Shown here: piece after piece, positions 29,162 to 38,367 of the stretch
Numbering within the stretch: position 1 is the first letter of the stretch
Layout: every line of letters begins with the position of its first letter
Source of the DNA: an uncultured bacterium
GTDB lineage: Bacteria; Patescibacteriota; Minisyncoccia; UBA6257; GWB1-50-10
Direction: 5' to 3'
Assembly: GCA_963768835.1 (NCBI GenBank)
Contig: CAVYJB010000001.1
Span: 216,420 to 280,419, forward strand
Length of the DNA: 64,000 nucleotides
Notes under the pieces: model-generated
The model's database searches: none
What the model saw: the letters and a program-made list of their open reading frames with translations, nothing else
Told to the model about the DNA's origin: nothing
Translations under genes and position numbers: made by a program

Positions 29162-29908
29162 CTATTTCTTCCGCCGGAATAGCGCGTCGTGTATGAGCCC
29201 TACGCGGGCGAGAAGGTAGCGCGTGAGAATGGAAAGGTTCCAGGTTGCCGTCGGAAGCGCGGCGTGCCAGAAATTTTCGGAGGTATGCTCCCCCCGATAA
29301 TCGCATCGGACCGGGATCTCTTCGATCCGAAGGCCGAAATATTTTGCCTGGACGATGACCTCGAAGCTGAAAGCGTAGTTGTCGCCCGTCGGACTGAAAT
29401 CGAGTGTCTCGACAAGCCGCCGGCTGTACCCCCGAAAACCTGAGAAGAATTCGGAAAGCGGGATGCGGAGCACGATGCGACAGAGGAGGCTGAATGCTCT
29501 GTTTGTGGCATACCGGGAGAACGGCATCCCGTCGCGGAGGGCCTGGCGCGGATCGGAGAATCGCGTGCCGAGCAACATGTCGCATCCCGCCCGCATGCAT
29601 TCGAGCGCCGCAGGAATCACCGCCGGGTCGTACTGCCCGTCACCGTGGATCTCAATGCAGCAGTCGGCTCCGAGCTCCATCGCCCGCGCGAGCCCGTACT
29701 TGATATTCCCGCCATACCCCGTGTGCGGATGCTTGAACACCGTGAGACCGAGCTTTCGGGCGATCGCCACCGTACCGTCGGAGGAACCGTCATCGGACAC
29801 GATCACCGCGTCGAGCATCCCTTTCGGAATTCTCCGCACGGTGCTCTCCAGCATCGAGGCGCAGTTGTACGTCAAAATAATCCCTATCGCTTTGGAGGTA
29901 GTGGGCAT
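29162..29908 (-). CDS. GT2 family glycosyltransferase (polyprenol-phosphate sugar synthase-like)
   Basis: GIILTYN...VSDDGSSDGT...HGDGQYDP motifs of GT2 DPM1/ArnC-like enzymes. Confidence 0.85.
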   Translation of the reverse strand: MPTTSKAIGIILTYNCASMLESTVRRIPKGMLDAVIVSDDGSSDGTVAIARKLGLTVFKHPHTGYGGNIKYGLARAMELGADCCIEIHGDGQYDPAVIPAALECMRAGCDMLLGTRFSDPRQALRDGMPFSRYATNRAFSLLCRIVLRIPLSEFFSGFRGYSRRLVETLDFSPTGDNYAFSFEVIVQAKYFGLRIEEIPVRCDYRGEHTSENFWHAALPTATWNLSILTRYLLARVGLIHDALFRRKK

Positions 29909-29914
29909 GCAAAT

Positions 29915-31240
29915 TTAGAGAAATTTCACGTTGTATTCGAGCAGGATGCGGTCGATGACCGGCGACCGCTGAGTCGTCGTACCGGGCGTCATCCGGGCGC
30001 GCCAGAAAAACTGCGTCCCATGCGGATTGTCGAACACGACGGTTTCGCCCACGTGCGCAGCCTTCCATGCCACGCCGTCATTCGAGACCGAAAATTCGAT
30101 GGAGCCTCCCCCCGTCGTCGAATCAAGCTCACGGATGGTCGCGCCCCGCACTTCCGCATGGTAATTATTGATGTTTGTCGATACCACATCGACCGGGCGA
30201 CTGGTATCGAAACCCTCGTCCGTGAAACGGTAGACTCCGACCGTCCCGTCTTCGGAGCGCACCGTGACCGACAACTCCGAACCTCCCGCCGGGACGGCCG
30301 TGACCGTCCGGTTCTGGTTACCCGGGAGGACGAGCGGAGTCAGGTCGACGGCGCCTTCAATAGACCCGGCCCCGTTCTCGAACAATTTAATGAGGCGGGA
30401 GGTACCGAAGCTCGCGTTCGTCACGTACCAGGCATCGCCCTGACGCACAACCGCGGGAGTGAAACCTCCCGCCATCGCCCGCATATCGAAGAATTGAGAG
30501 ATGTCCTCATGGGAGCCGTCGCCTTTGAAAAGATCCGCGCTCCCGACCACTGAACCATAGAGCGCAATCCACGCATCTCCATCGCCGCCGATTCCAAACT
30601 CCGCAGGCGCGGACGAGTAGAAATGGTACGCCGCCCCGCTTGCAATGAGCGTAAAGCGGTTCCCGTCGAATCCGTAGAGCGACCCCTCATACTGTGACGA
30701 CATTTTTTCGACAAACCCCACGACCCAACGATCCCCCACCACCTGCGCGGTAATCGAGGTCACCTCGGCAGGGGTCACGCTCGGAGGGAAAGTAATCTCC
30801 TGGCCGTTCAGTACCAGATGCGAGGCATCGGTCCGAAGGCATGCGCTGCCTATGCAGGTTACGTGGCTTCCTCCCGCCGCTTGGTTCGCAGGAGCCGTGC
30901 TTGAGGGTTCCGGTTCCCACACGAACTTCGGGCGCAACATCACCGCGGTCTCCGACATATCCAGATACGCTGTCGTGGATGCTTCGTCGAGGCGCGCGTA
31001 TCCGGAGAAGAGATCGGTAAAGGTTGTCGGGACCACATCCTCGGGAGCCCCCGCGACGGATGTGGTCTTGACCACCCCGAGCCGGGTAAGAAAAGTGTCC
31101 GCGACAGAAAGATACGCGGCGTGGTCCAGATTGAGGAACACCAAGAGGAGAATGATCCCTCCTAGGACGAAAAGAAAACCGGCGGAACAGAGCCGCCGCA
31201 TTTTTGCATCGCGTTCACCGTTGAGCAACTCGCATCTCAC
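29915..31240 (-). CDS. secreted hypothetical protein
   Basis: signal anchor FLFVLGGIILLLVFL; ATGA overlap with upstream gene. Confidence 0.6.
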   Translation of the reverse strand: MRCELLNGERDAKMRRLCSAGFLFVLGGIILLLVFLNLDHAAYLSVADTFLTRLGVVKTTSVAGAPEDVVPTTFTDLFSGYARLDEASTTAYLDMSETAVMLRPKFVWEPEPSSTAPANQAAGGSHVTCIGSACLRTDASHLVLNGQEITFPPSVTPAEVTSITAQVVGDRWVVGFVEKMSSQYEGSLYGFDGNRFTLIASGAAYHFYSSAPAEFGIGGDGDAWIALYGSVVGSADLFKGDGSHEDISQFFDMRAMAGGFTPAVVRQGDAWYVTNASFGTSRLIKLFENGAGSIEGAVDLTPLVLPGNQNRTVTAVPAGGSELSVTVRSEDGTVGVYRFTDEGFDTSRPVDVVSTNINNYHAEVRGATIRELDSTTGGGSIEFSVSNDGVAWKAAHVGETVVFDNPHGTQFFWRARMTPGTTTQRSPVIDRILLEYNVKFL

Positions 31241-32307
31241 TGGCTAAGATTGAAACTTGCGGCTTCGGTCTGGTCTTTCACGAACGTTGGCCACGCGGCG
31301 TGATCGAAGCGTTCCCCGGAAAGCCGGTAAGAGAACTCGATTGGTTGATCCCCGCGGAACACGATCTGATCGTTGCCAATAGTGTAGTACATGTTTGCAA
31401 ACCCTCCATAGGGAGTTGCAATCGCATCGACGGTATCGCGCGAGAAATCCACGACCTTCCGCCACAGCCAAAGGTCGGAACCTTGCGGCAGGCTCGCAAA
31501 GTCGATCACGTATTCATACTCGCCCGCCGGGGTGTTCCCGTCCGCCGCAAGCTTCGCATGCCCTACGTATTCCTCGCGTACCCCTCCGGCGATCGAGGGG
31601 CCGAATGTCGCGTATTTCTTGCCCCCGATGTCGTAGAGCGGATCGACGGTCGTCACGGTTATCTTGCTGACCGCGGTAATCTGGTTGCCGTTCATGTTGA
31701 GGTTGCTCTGCGCCGCACCGCCCATGAACCAGCCGCCCGTCGCCCGGAACGTGCCTCCCACGTCAAGCAAATAGGAGGGTGAAACGACGCCAATCCCGAC
31801 GCTCGTCGCGAAGTACCCCCCGCCGTAGACCGAGAGTGCCTGAGGAAGTCCGAGGTTCGAAGAGGTGGAAACACCGAGGTTCCCCGGAAAGGCGTAGTGG
31901 CCATTCCCCGTGTTCGATCCAAAGACGCCAGATTGGACCCAGCCGGCCCCCACGGCGCCGGAGAACGGACCTATAAAGCCTAGCGCCTGCACGTTACCGT
32001 TCACGGTAAGCGCCTGAGGCGGCGTCGAGGTTCCGATGCCGACGTTACCGTTCGGAAAGAAAAGGATGTGTTGGTTCGAACCTCCCTGCGTGAGAAAGGT
32101 CATTGTGGGTTGCGTCGAGTAGATGGTCGTGGTGCCGATGCCGAGAGCTCGTGATGAACTCGCGAAGAGAAGCCAGCAATTGCCGGAAGGCGGCGTGGCA
32201 CAGGGCCCTTGGAAAGTTTGCGCGTTCGCGAGAGGGATCAATGTCGCGAATGCGCCCACGAGAAGGACTCCTAATCCGATACTGAAATGCTGAAGATTGA
32301 TTTTCAT
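31237..32307 (-). CDS. secreted Gly-rich protein sharing the collagen-like proteins' C-terminal domain
   Basis: signal peptide; C-terminal ...TVDPLYDIGGKKYATFG...LPQGSDLWLW aligns with C-termini of 17977..19638 and 19651..21369. Confidence 0.65.
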   Translation of the reverse strand: MKINLQHFSIGLGVLLVGAFATLIPLANAQTFQGPCATPPSGNCWLLFASSSRALGIGTTTIYSTQPTMTFLTQGGSNQHILFFPNGNVGIGTSTPPQALTVNGNVQALGFIGPFSGAVGAGWVQSGVFGSNTGNGHYAFPGNLGVSTSSNLGLPQALSVYGGGYFATSVGIGVVSPSYLLDVGGTFRATGGWFMGGAAQSNLNMNGNQITAVSKITVTTVDPLYDIGGKKYATFGPSIAGGVREEYVGHAKLAADGNTPAGEYEYVIDFASLPQGSDLWLWRKVVDFSRDTVDAIATPYGGFANMYYTIGNDQIVFRGDQPIEFSYRLSGERFDHAAWPTFVKDQTEAASFNLSQ

Positions 32308-32311
32308 GGAA

Positions 32312-32845
32312 TTAGGGGATGACTACGAAAAGCCCTTTTATTTTCCCCGACGAGGGGCATAAGTCTCGGCACTGGAAGTCGAAGGAACCCACCGCAGTCG
32401 CTTGGAAACCGACCAACTGCGTTTCTCCTTTGCGTATCGTCTGGTAGATGCCGAGGTATGGAAACTCGATATCATAGTTGCTATCCTTGGCCGTGATGGC
32501 TATCTGCACGTCCGCGCCCTTCCGGACCGTGATTAACGAGGGACTAAATCCTCCCGCATCCACCGTCATAGTGAAAAATTTGAATGCGGCGCTCAAGTTC
32601 TGCGACGGAGAAGGAATGACATTCGTCGGCTTTGTGGGGACGACACCTGCAGGCGTCGCGTCCACGTAACCCTGCGGAGCGACGGTAGGAGGCGCAGCGG
32701 CTTCATTTATTCCGCTCCCCGCGGGGACGGTCGCAACGGGCGCAGTGGTGGGAGAAGAAGAACGGAGCAAAAGCACCGCGAGTAATACGATGATAACCAA
32801 CCCCCCGATGGTCCCACCCACGATGGTGAGTTGCTCGCGCTTCAT
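32312..32845 (-). CDS. membrane-anchored hypothetical protein (possible cupredoxin-like fold)
   Basis: N-terminal TM helix, Pro/Thr/Ala linker, ~100-aa beta-rich C-terminal domain. Confidence 0.5.
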   Translation of the reverse strand: MKREQLTIVGGTIGGLVIIVLLAVLLLRSSSPTTAPVATVPAGSGINEAAAPPTVAPQGYVDATPAGVVPTKPTNVIPSPSQNLSAAFKFFTMTVDAGGFSPSLITVRKGADVQIAITAKDSNYDIEFPYLGIYQTIRKGETQLVGFQATAVGSFDFQCRDLCPSSGKIKGLFVVIP

Positions 32846-32960
32846 GTCTTTCTATTATAGCACAGTGCTCCAAGACCCTTTTCTCCTTTCGCTTCCGTAA
32901 AATTACCGGCGGGGCCAGGAACGCTCTGTCAGCCGCCGGCGGGTCTGATATAATAAACCC

Positions 32961-33926
32961 ATGAAGGCGCACCGCGCAGCGCTCCTCTATGCAGCCGCCA
33001 TCCTCCTGGTGCTGGCGTTCCCTATTCTTTTTGCCCCGCGAGCCGAAGCTTCAACAAATATAAGCGCGGTCGCCACGGAACACTTCTCCTGGAACGACGC
33101 TATCGGCTGGATGGATTACTACGGAGATGGGGTGACGCAGAACGTGAATGTGACCGGTATCGCCCTTTCCGGCTACGCCTCATCCAGCATCGGCCCCATC
33201 TCTCTCGACTGCGCCACCTCCCCCAGCGGGAACATCTGCGTTTCCAAATCGAACTACGGCGTCTGTAACGGACGGTCGGGCGTGCACCAGACCAACGGCA
33301 CCTGCACGGGCGGCGAGGGCGACGGGAACCTCTCCGGCTACGGATGGAACGATCAGGTGGGGTGGATTAGCTTCAGCTGTGCAAACCGAGGGATAGTCCC
33401 CTGCAGCCAGGAACAGGTTAGCATCGACTCGAACGGCAATTTCACGGGATGGGCATGGAATGACACGGTGGGATGGATCAGTTTTAACTGCTCGGACCCG
33501 GGCGTCTGCGGAACCTCAACCTACAAGGTGAAGAGTACGTGGGCTCCCACAAGCACCGTCGCGACACTCGATTCGCAGGTTCTGGACACCCAGATTACGA
33601 CCGGCGCGACGCTCAATAGCCTCCAGTGGGCGGGCTTGAGCCCGAACGCCACCTGTGTGAACTTCCAGGTCGCCGGTTCCATGACCTCAAGCGGTCCCTG
33701 GACCTTCCAAGGCCCGACGGGCGACACCACCAGTTGGTACGGCGCCCTCTGCAGCGTGAGCATCTGGGGTGGGACAGGCTGCGCGCCGCCCTCGACCGCC
33801 ATTTGCGTGAACCCCCAAAACCTCTCGGGCTATCGCTACTTCCGATACCGTGTGCAACTCCAGACGAACCCGCAGGGCACCTCCTCACCGCGCATCGATG
33901 ACGTCATTTTGAACTGGTCCCGCTAG
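32961..33926 (+). CDS. secreted Trp-rich repeat protein
   Basis: signal peptide; three repeats WNDxxGW(I/M)(S/D)FxC. Confidence 0.65.
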   Translation: MKAHRAALLYAAAILLVLAFPILFAPRAEASTNISAVATEHFSWNDAIGWMDYYGDGVTQNVNVTGIALSGYASSSIGPISLDCATSPSGNICVSKSNYGVCNGRSGVHQTNGTCTGGEGDGNLSGYGWNDQVGWISFSCANRGIVPCSQEQVSIDSNGNFTGWAWNDTVGWISFNCSDPGVCGTSTYKVKSTWAPTSTVATLDSQVLDTQITTGATLNSLQWAGLSPNATCVNFQVAGSMTSSGPWTFQGPTGDTTSWYGALCSVSIWGGTGCAPPSTAICVNPQNLSGYRYFRYRVQLQTNPQGTSSPRIDDVILNWSR

Positions 33927-33929
33927 AAC

Positions 33930-34832
33930 ATGGTAACGAAAACCACCATCAACCCCGCGCTCACGTGGATCCATCTCACAAACCCGCGCGAGGCGGATGT
34001 GCGGGCCTTGAAATCCTACCTCAATATCCACCCCATTATCCTTGATGAGATCATGGGGCCCTCCGATCGCACGCGCGTGGAGCAGCACGAGGATTATCTG
34101 TTCCTCGTTTACCATATCCCTATCTACAACGAGATAGACCGCACCTCGCGGCGCGCGGAAATCGATATGATCGTTGGGAAAGAGCTCCTCATCACGGTCG
34201 TGTACGAGAAGCTCGAGCCGATGGCGACCTTCGAGCACCGTGTCGCAGGCACCCTGGCCTCTTCCCTCACCTCCACGGCCCAGCTCGTCTACTACCTTCT
34301 TGAGGATGTAAACGAGTACTCCATGCGTCAGCTGAAGCACGTCGAGAAAAAACTGAACTTCGTGGGGCATCAGCTCTTCCAGCGGCAGAACAGTCATCTT
34401 CTGGAAGAGATCTCCTACATCCGCCGCGACCTCCTGGAGTTCTCCATCGTCGCCGTCCCGCAGCGCTCGAACCTTGAGTCGCTTCTCGAGGCGAGTTCGT
34501 TCTGGGGCCCGCGCTACCGCGTCTATTTCACGGACCTCATGGGCGACTTCCTAAAGGTTCTCTACCGGCTCGAGAACCTGAAAGGCACCATTGAGTCCTA
34601 TAGCGATACCCTTTCGCAGATTTTCGAGTTCAAGACTTCTGAGATCGTGCGGCGTTTCTCCATCCTTGGCTTCCTCACCTTCCCTCTCATCCTCTACACG
34701 TCCATTTCTCTCCAGCCAACGGTGGAGGGAGCTATTATCAAGAGTCCCTCGGATTTCTGGATACAATTCGGAGGCGTAACGGCGCTTATCTTGCTCGTAG
34801 CCTGGATCTACCGCCGGAAGGGGTGGCTGTAA
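33930..34832 (+). CDS. CorA-family transporter (divergent, no GMN motif)
   Basis: N-terminal IHPIILDEI and EDYLFLVYH blocks, two C-terminal TM helices ending RRKGWL. Confidence 0.75.
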   Translation: MVTKTTINPALTWIHLTNPREADVRALKSYLNIHPIILDEIMGPSDRTRVEQHEDYLFLVYHIPIYNEIDRTSRRAEIDMIVGKELLITVVYEKLEPMATFEHRVAGTLASSLTSTAQLVYYLLEDVNEYSMRQLKHVEKKLNFVGHQLFQRQNSHLLEEISYIRRDLLEFSIVAVPQRSNLESLLEASSFWGPRYRVYFTDLMGDFLKVLYRLENLKGTIESYSDTLSQIFEFKTSEIVRRFSILGFLTFPLILYTSISLQPTVEGAIIKSPSDFWIQFGGVTALILLVAWIYRRKGWL

Positions 34833-34885
34833 AGACCGGACACCATTTCATTGCACCTGCCACGCTGACCCAGTAGAATGGGGGC

Positions 34886-36373
34886 ATGCGCATCTGGAAC
34901 ACGCTCACAAGGAAGAAGGAGGAGTTCCAGCCTATCCAAGCCGGCCATGTCGGCCTCTATACCTGCGGGCCGACCGTCTATAACTACGCGCACATAGGGA
35001 ATCTTCGGACCTACATTTTCGAAGATATCCTTGAGCGTACCTTGGTACTAGAAGGGTACCGCGTGAAACGGGTGATGAACATCACAGATGTGGGGCATCT
35101 GACCTCGGATGCGGATGCCGGGGAAGATAAGCTCGAAAAGGAAGCGAAGAAGGAAAGCCGCTCGGTGTGGGACATCGCAAAATTCTATACGAACGCGTTC
35201 TTCGAGGACCTCACGGCGCTGAATATCAAAAAACCTGAATTCATCGAACCGGCTACTAGTTTTATCCAGGAGCAAATCGCGATCATCGAGCGCCTCTTCA
35301 AGAACGGATACGCCTACGAGACACCGACGGCGGTATACTTCGACGTTTCAAAATTCAAGAACTACACCGCGCTTTCGCGCCAAAAACTGGAAGGGAAGGG
35401 TACCGCGGTCCGCACCGAGGTTGTGGAAGACTCCTCCAAACGAGGATCGCATGACTTTGTCCTTTGGTTCAAACTGGTCGGTCACTTCGCAAACCATACG
35501 ATGCGGTGGCCTTCGCCGTGGGGCGAGGGATTCCCCGGCTGGCACATCGAGTGCTCGGCCATTTCCTCATCTCTCCTTGGGCAACCCTTCGACATTCACA
35601 CGGGCGGCATTGATCATATCTCCGTGCACCACACAAATGAGATTGCGCAGTCGGAGGGCGCATTCGGAAAACCCCTTGCACACTATTGGATGCACGGTGA
35701 ATTTCTTATCATTGACCAGGCGCGGATGGGAAAATCCCTCGGAAACTTCCTGACGCTTGCGACGTTGCGAGAGAAAGGGTTTAATCCCCTCGCCTACCGT
35801 TACTTCGTACTCACCGCGCACTATCGATCACCCCTTAACTTCACCTGGGACAATCTTTCGGCGGCCGAAGCCGCATACCGAAAACTTCTCGGGAAAATCC
35901 AACTGGTAGCGGGCGGCGGAGGTGAAGAGCCGCAGAAAACCGAAAGCGCCTCTGGGGTTGAGAACCTCATTACGGCCTTCACGGAGCGTTTCGAGACGGC
36001 TCTCGCGGACGATCTAAACACTCCTCAAGCTCTCGCCGCGCTTCATGATCTGGTAAACGACCTGTTGACCCTGAAAGCGAAGGGGTCACTCTCGCCCGTG
36101 GAGAGCCTCTCATTCCTCGCTGCCGTCAAAAAAGCGGACTCGGTTCTCGGCCTCGACCTCGCCGCGGCAGCCAAGATCCCGGCCTCTGTCCGGAAGCTTG
36201 CGGAGGAGCGGGAGTTATGCAGGAACCGTAAACAGTTTACCCCCGCCGACGACTTGAGGAAACGCATACGAGCGCTAGGATATGAGGTGGACGACACCCC
36301 GCTCGGGCCTTTCGTTCACCCCATCTATGGCAGCCACAACGAACCCGGGAAAACTCCCGCCGCAGGATCTTGA
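34886..36373 (+). CDS. cysS: cysteine--tRNA ligase
   Basis: CGPTVYNYAHIGN (HIGH-class) and RMGKSLGN (KMSKS) motifs. Confidence 0.95.
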   Translation: MRIWNTLTRKKEEFQPIQAGHVGLYTCGPTVYNYAHIGNLRTYIFEDILERTLVLEGYRVKRVMNITDVGHLTSDADAGEDKLEKEAKKESRSVWDIAKFYTNAFFEDLTALNIKKPEFIEPATSFIQEQIAIIERLFKNGYAYETPTAVYFDVSKFKNYTALSRQKLEGKGTAVRTEVVEDSSKRGSHDFVLWFKLVGHFANHTMRWPSPWGEGFPGWHIECSAISSSLLGQPFDIHTGGIDHISVHHTNEIAQSEGAFGKPLAHYWMHGEFLIIDQARMGKSLGNFLTLATLREKGFNPLAYRYFVLTAHYRSPLNFTWDNLSAAEAAYRKLLGKIQLVAGGGGEEPQKTESASGVENLITAFTERFETALADDLNTPQALAALHDLVNDLLTLKAKGSLSPVESLSFLAAVKKADSVLGLDLAAAAKIPASVRKLAEERELCRNRKQFTPADDLRKRIRALGYEVDDTPLGPFVHPIYGSHNEPGKTPAAGS

Positions 36374-37694
36374 GGCCGAGCGCTCCGTGCTAGGAGCGCT
36401 CATGCTCGACAAGAACGCGATCATCCGGGTCGCGGATCTTCTCACATCCACCGATTTTTATCACCCCGCGCATCAGAAGATCTACGACGCCATTCTAGAT
36501 CTTTTCGCGCGCGGAGATCCCATCGACCTCCTGACCGTCACGCATACGCTCCGAGCTAAGAAGCAGCTTGTGGGAACCGGCGGCAGCGACTATCTCGCGG
36601 AACTTGTGGGCGGCGTTCCCACCTCCGCACACGTAGAGCGCTATGCGGAAATCGTACGGGAGAAGCGGGTGCGCCGCGACCTTCTTCGTGCCTCTTCCGA
36701 GATCACCGAAGAAGCGACGGAGGCGCGGGATTTTGAGGAGCTCCTGGACGATGTCGAAGCGAAGATCTTCTCCATCTCGGAGCGCTCGCGGCCCCAGAAG
36801 TTCGTGCCCCTGAAGGAGGAGCTTATCGCCGCCTACGAACGGTTAGAGAAGCTCCATAAGGGCGAGGGGCCCAGCACCCGCGGAGTCGCGACGGGATTCC
36901 CCCAGCTCGACAATCTTCTTTCAGGCCTCCAGCCTTCCGATCTCATTATCGTCGGAGCGCGCCCCTCCTACGGGAAAACCTCCTTCGTTCTCGACATCGC
37001 GCGGTATGCGGCGCTCCACGACAAGAAGGTGGGGGTTTTCTCCATTGAGATGTCGAAGGAGCAGATCATCGACCGCGTCATCGCAAGCCAGGCGCAGGTG
37101 AACCTTTTCAACCTCCGCGCGGGGCGGCTGAAGGACGAGCTCGAGTTCGCTCTGGTCCAGCAAGCCCTGGACGAGCTCTCGAAGGCCTCGCTTTTCATCG
37201 ACGACAGCGCGTCCCCGAACATCCTCCAGATGCGCTCGATGGCGCGGCGCCTCCAGATTGAGCACGGCCTGGATCTTCTCGTCATCGACTACCTCCAGCT
37301 CATCCAGCCGCGCACGAACTCAGACAATATCGTCCAGCAGGTGACGGAGATATCCCGCGGCCTCAAATCCCTCGCCCGCGAGCTCGGCGTTCCCGTTCTC
37401 GTGGTCTCTCAGCTCTCCCGTGAGGTGGAAAAGCGGGAAACTAAGATCCCCCGCCTCTCCGACCTCCGCGAATCGGGCTCCCTCGAACAGGACGCCGATG
37501 TGGTCGTCTTCATCTACCGCAAGGACCGCGATCGATCCGATCTTCCGGAGGAGGAAAAAAACATCGTGGACATCATCATCCAAAAACATCGGAACGGACC
37601 TTTGGGAAGCTTCCAGCTCCGCTTTGATCCGGAGAAAATCAGTTTCCGGACCATCGATACGACGCACACGCCCGAGGCGGGGATGATAGAATAG
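36327..37694 (+). CDS. dnaB: replicative DNA helicase DnaB
   Basis: EAERSVLGALMLD N-terminal block, Walker A GARPSYGKTSF, RecA-like C-terminal domain; ORF begins 36282, probable start 36327. Confidence 0.9.
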   Translation: MAATTNPGKLPPQDLEAERSVLGALMLDKNAIIRVADLLTSTDFYHPAHQKIYDAILDLFARGDPIDLLTVTHTLRAKKQLVGTGGSDYLAELVGGVPTSAHVERYAEIVREKRVRRDLLRASSEITEEATEARDFEELLDDVEAKIFSISERSRPQKFVPLKEELIAAYERLEKLHKGEGPSTRGVATGFPQLDNLLSGLQPSDLIIVGARPSYGKTSFVLDIARYAALHDKKVGVFSIEMSKEQIIDRVIASQAQVNLFNLRAGRLKDELEFALVQQALDELSKASLFIDDSASPNILQMRSMARRLQIEHGLDLLVIDYLQLIQPRTNSDNIVQQVTEISRGLKSLARELGVPVLVVSQLSREVEKRETKIPRLSDLRESGSLEQDADVVVFIYRKDRDRSDLPEEEKNIVDIIIQKHRNGPLGSFQLRFDPEKISFRTIDTTHTPEAGMIE

Positions 37695-37706
37695 TCTTCA
37701 AAACGT

Positions 37707-38306
37707 ATGGTTCCCGAGAAGATACAAAAATTCATCGACGCGTTTTCCCGCTTGCCCTCTCTGGGGCCGCGGCTTGCCACCCGGCTCGCGTTCTTTCTGA
37801 CGGGCGCGGACCCCGCGACACTCCACGAGCTTGAGGGGGCTCTTGCCGGACTGAAGTCGCTTGCGCGCTGCGAGCGATGTTTCTTTCTCCGCGACGCAAA
37901 GCAAAAACTCTGCACGTTCTGCGCGGACCCGCGACGAAACCCCAAAATCATCGCCATCGTGGAGAAGGAGATGGACGTTCTCGCCCTTGAGCGCACCGCG
38001 CAGTTCAGGGGGCAGTACCTCGTGCTGGGGGAGCTCCCCGAGAAAGGGGTCCTAGAGAGCGCACAGCGTCTCCGGTTGGCAGCCCTCAAATCCCGCATCC
38101 AGAACGAACTCGGAGGGCAGGCCGAGGAGATTATCCTCGCGGTAAACTCCACCACGGTCGGAGATTTCGCGTTCGACCTGGTCCGGCAGGAATTCAGAGG
38201 CCTCGCGGGGAAAATCACCCGCCTCGGGCGCGGTATCCCGACCGGCGGCGAGATAGAGTTCGCAGACGAAGAAACGCTCTCGAGCGCATTGGAACGGAGA
38301 GTATAG
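37707..38306 (+). CDS. recR: recombination protein RecR
   Basis: LGPRLATRLAFFL HhH motif, C4 zinc finger CERCFFLRDAKQKLCTFC, Toprim domain. Confidence 0.9.
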   Translation: MVPEKIQKFIDAFSRLPSLGPRLATRLAFFLTGADPATLHELEGALAGLKSLARCERCFFLRDAKQKLCTFCADPRRNPKIIAIVEKEMDVLALERTAQFRGQYLVLGELPEKGVLESAQRLRLAALKSRIQNELGGQAEEIILAVNSTTVGDFAFDLVRQEFRGLAGKITRLGRGIPTGGEIEFADEETLSSALERRV

Positions 38307-38367
38307 GAATAAGGATGTAGAAAAGAGCGCCGACTATGAAAGTCGGCGCTTTAGGTATCCCCGCATA

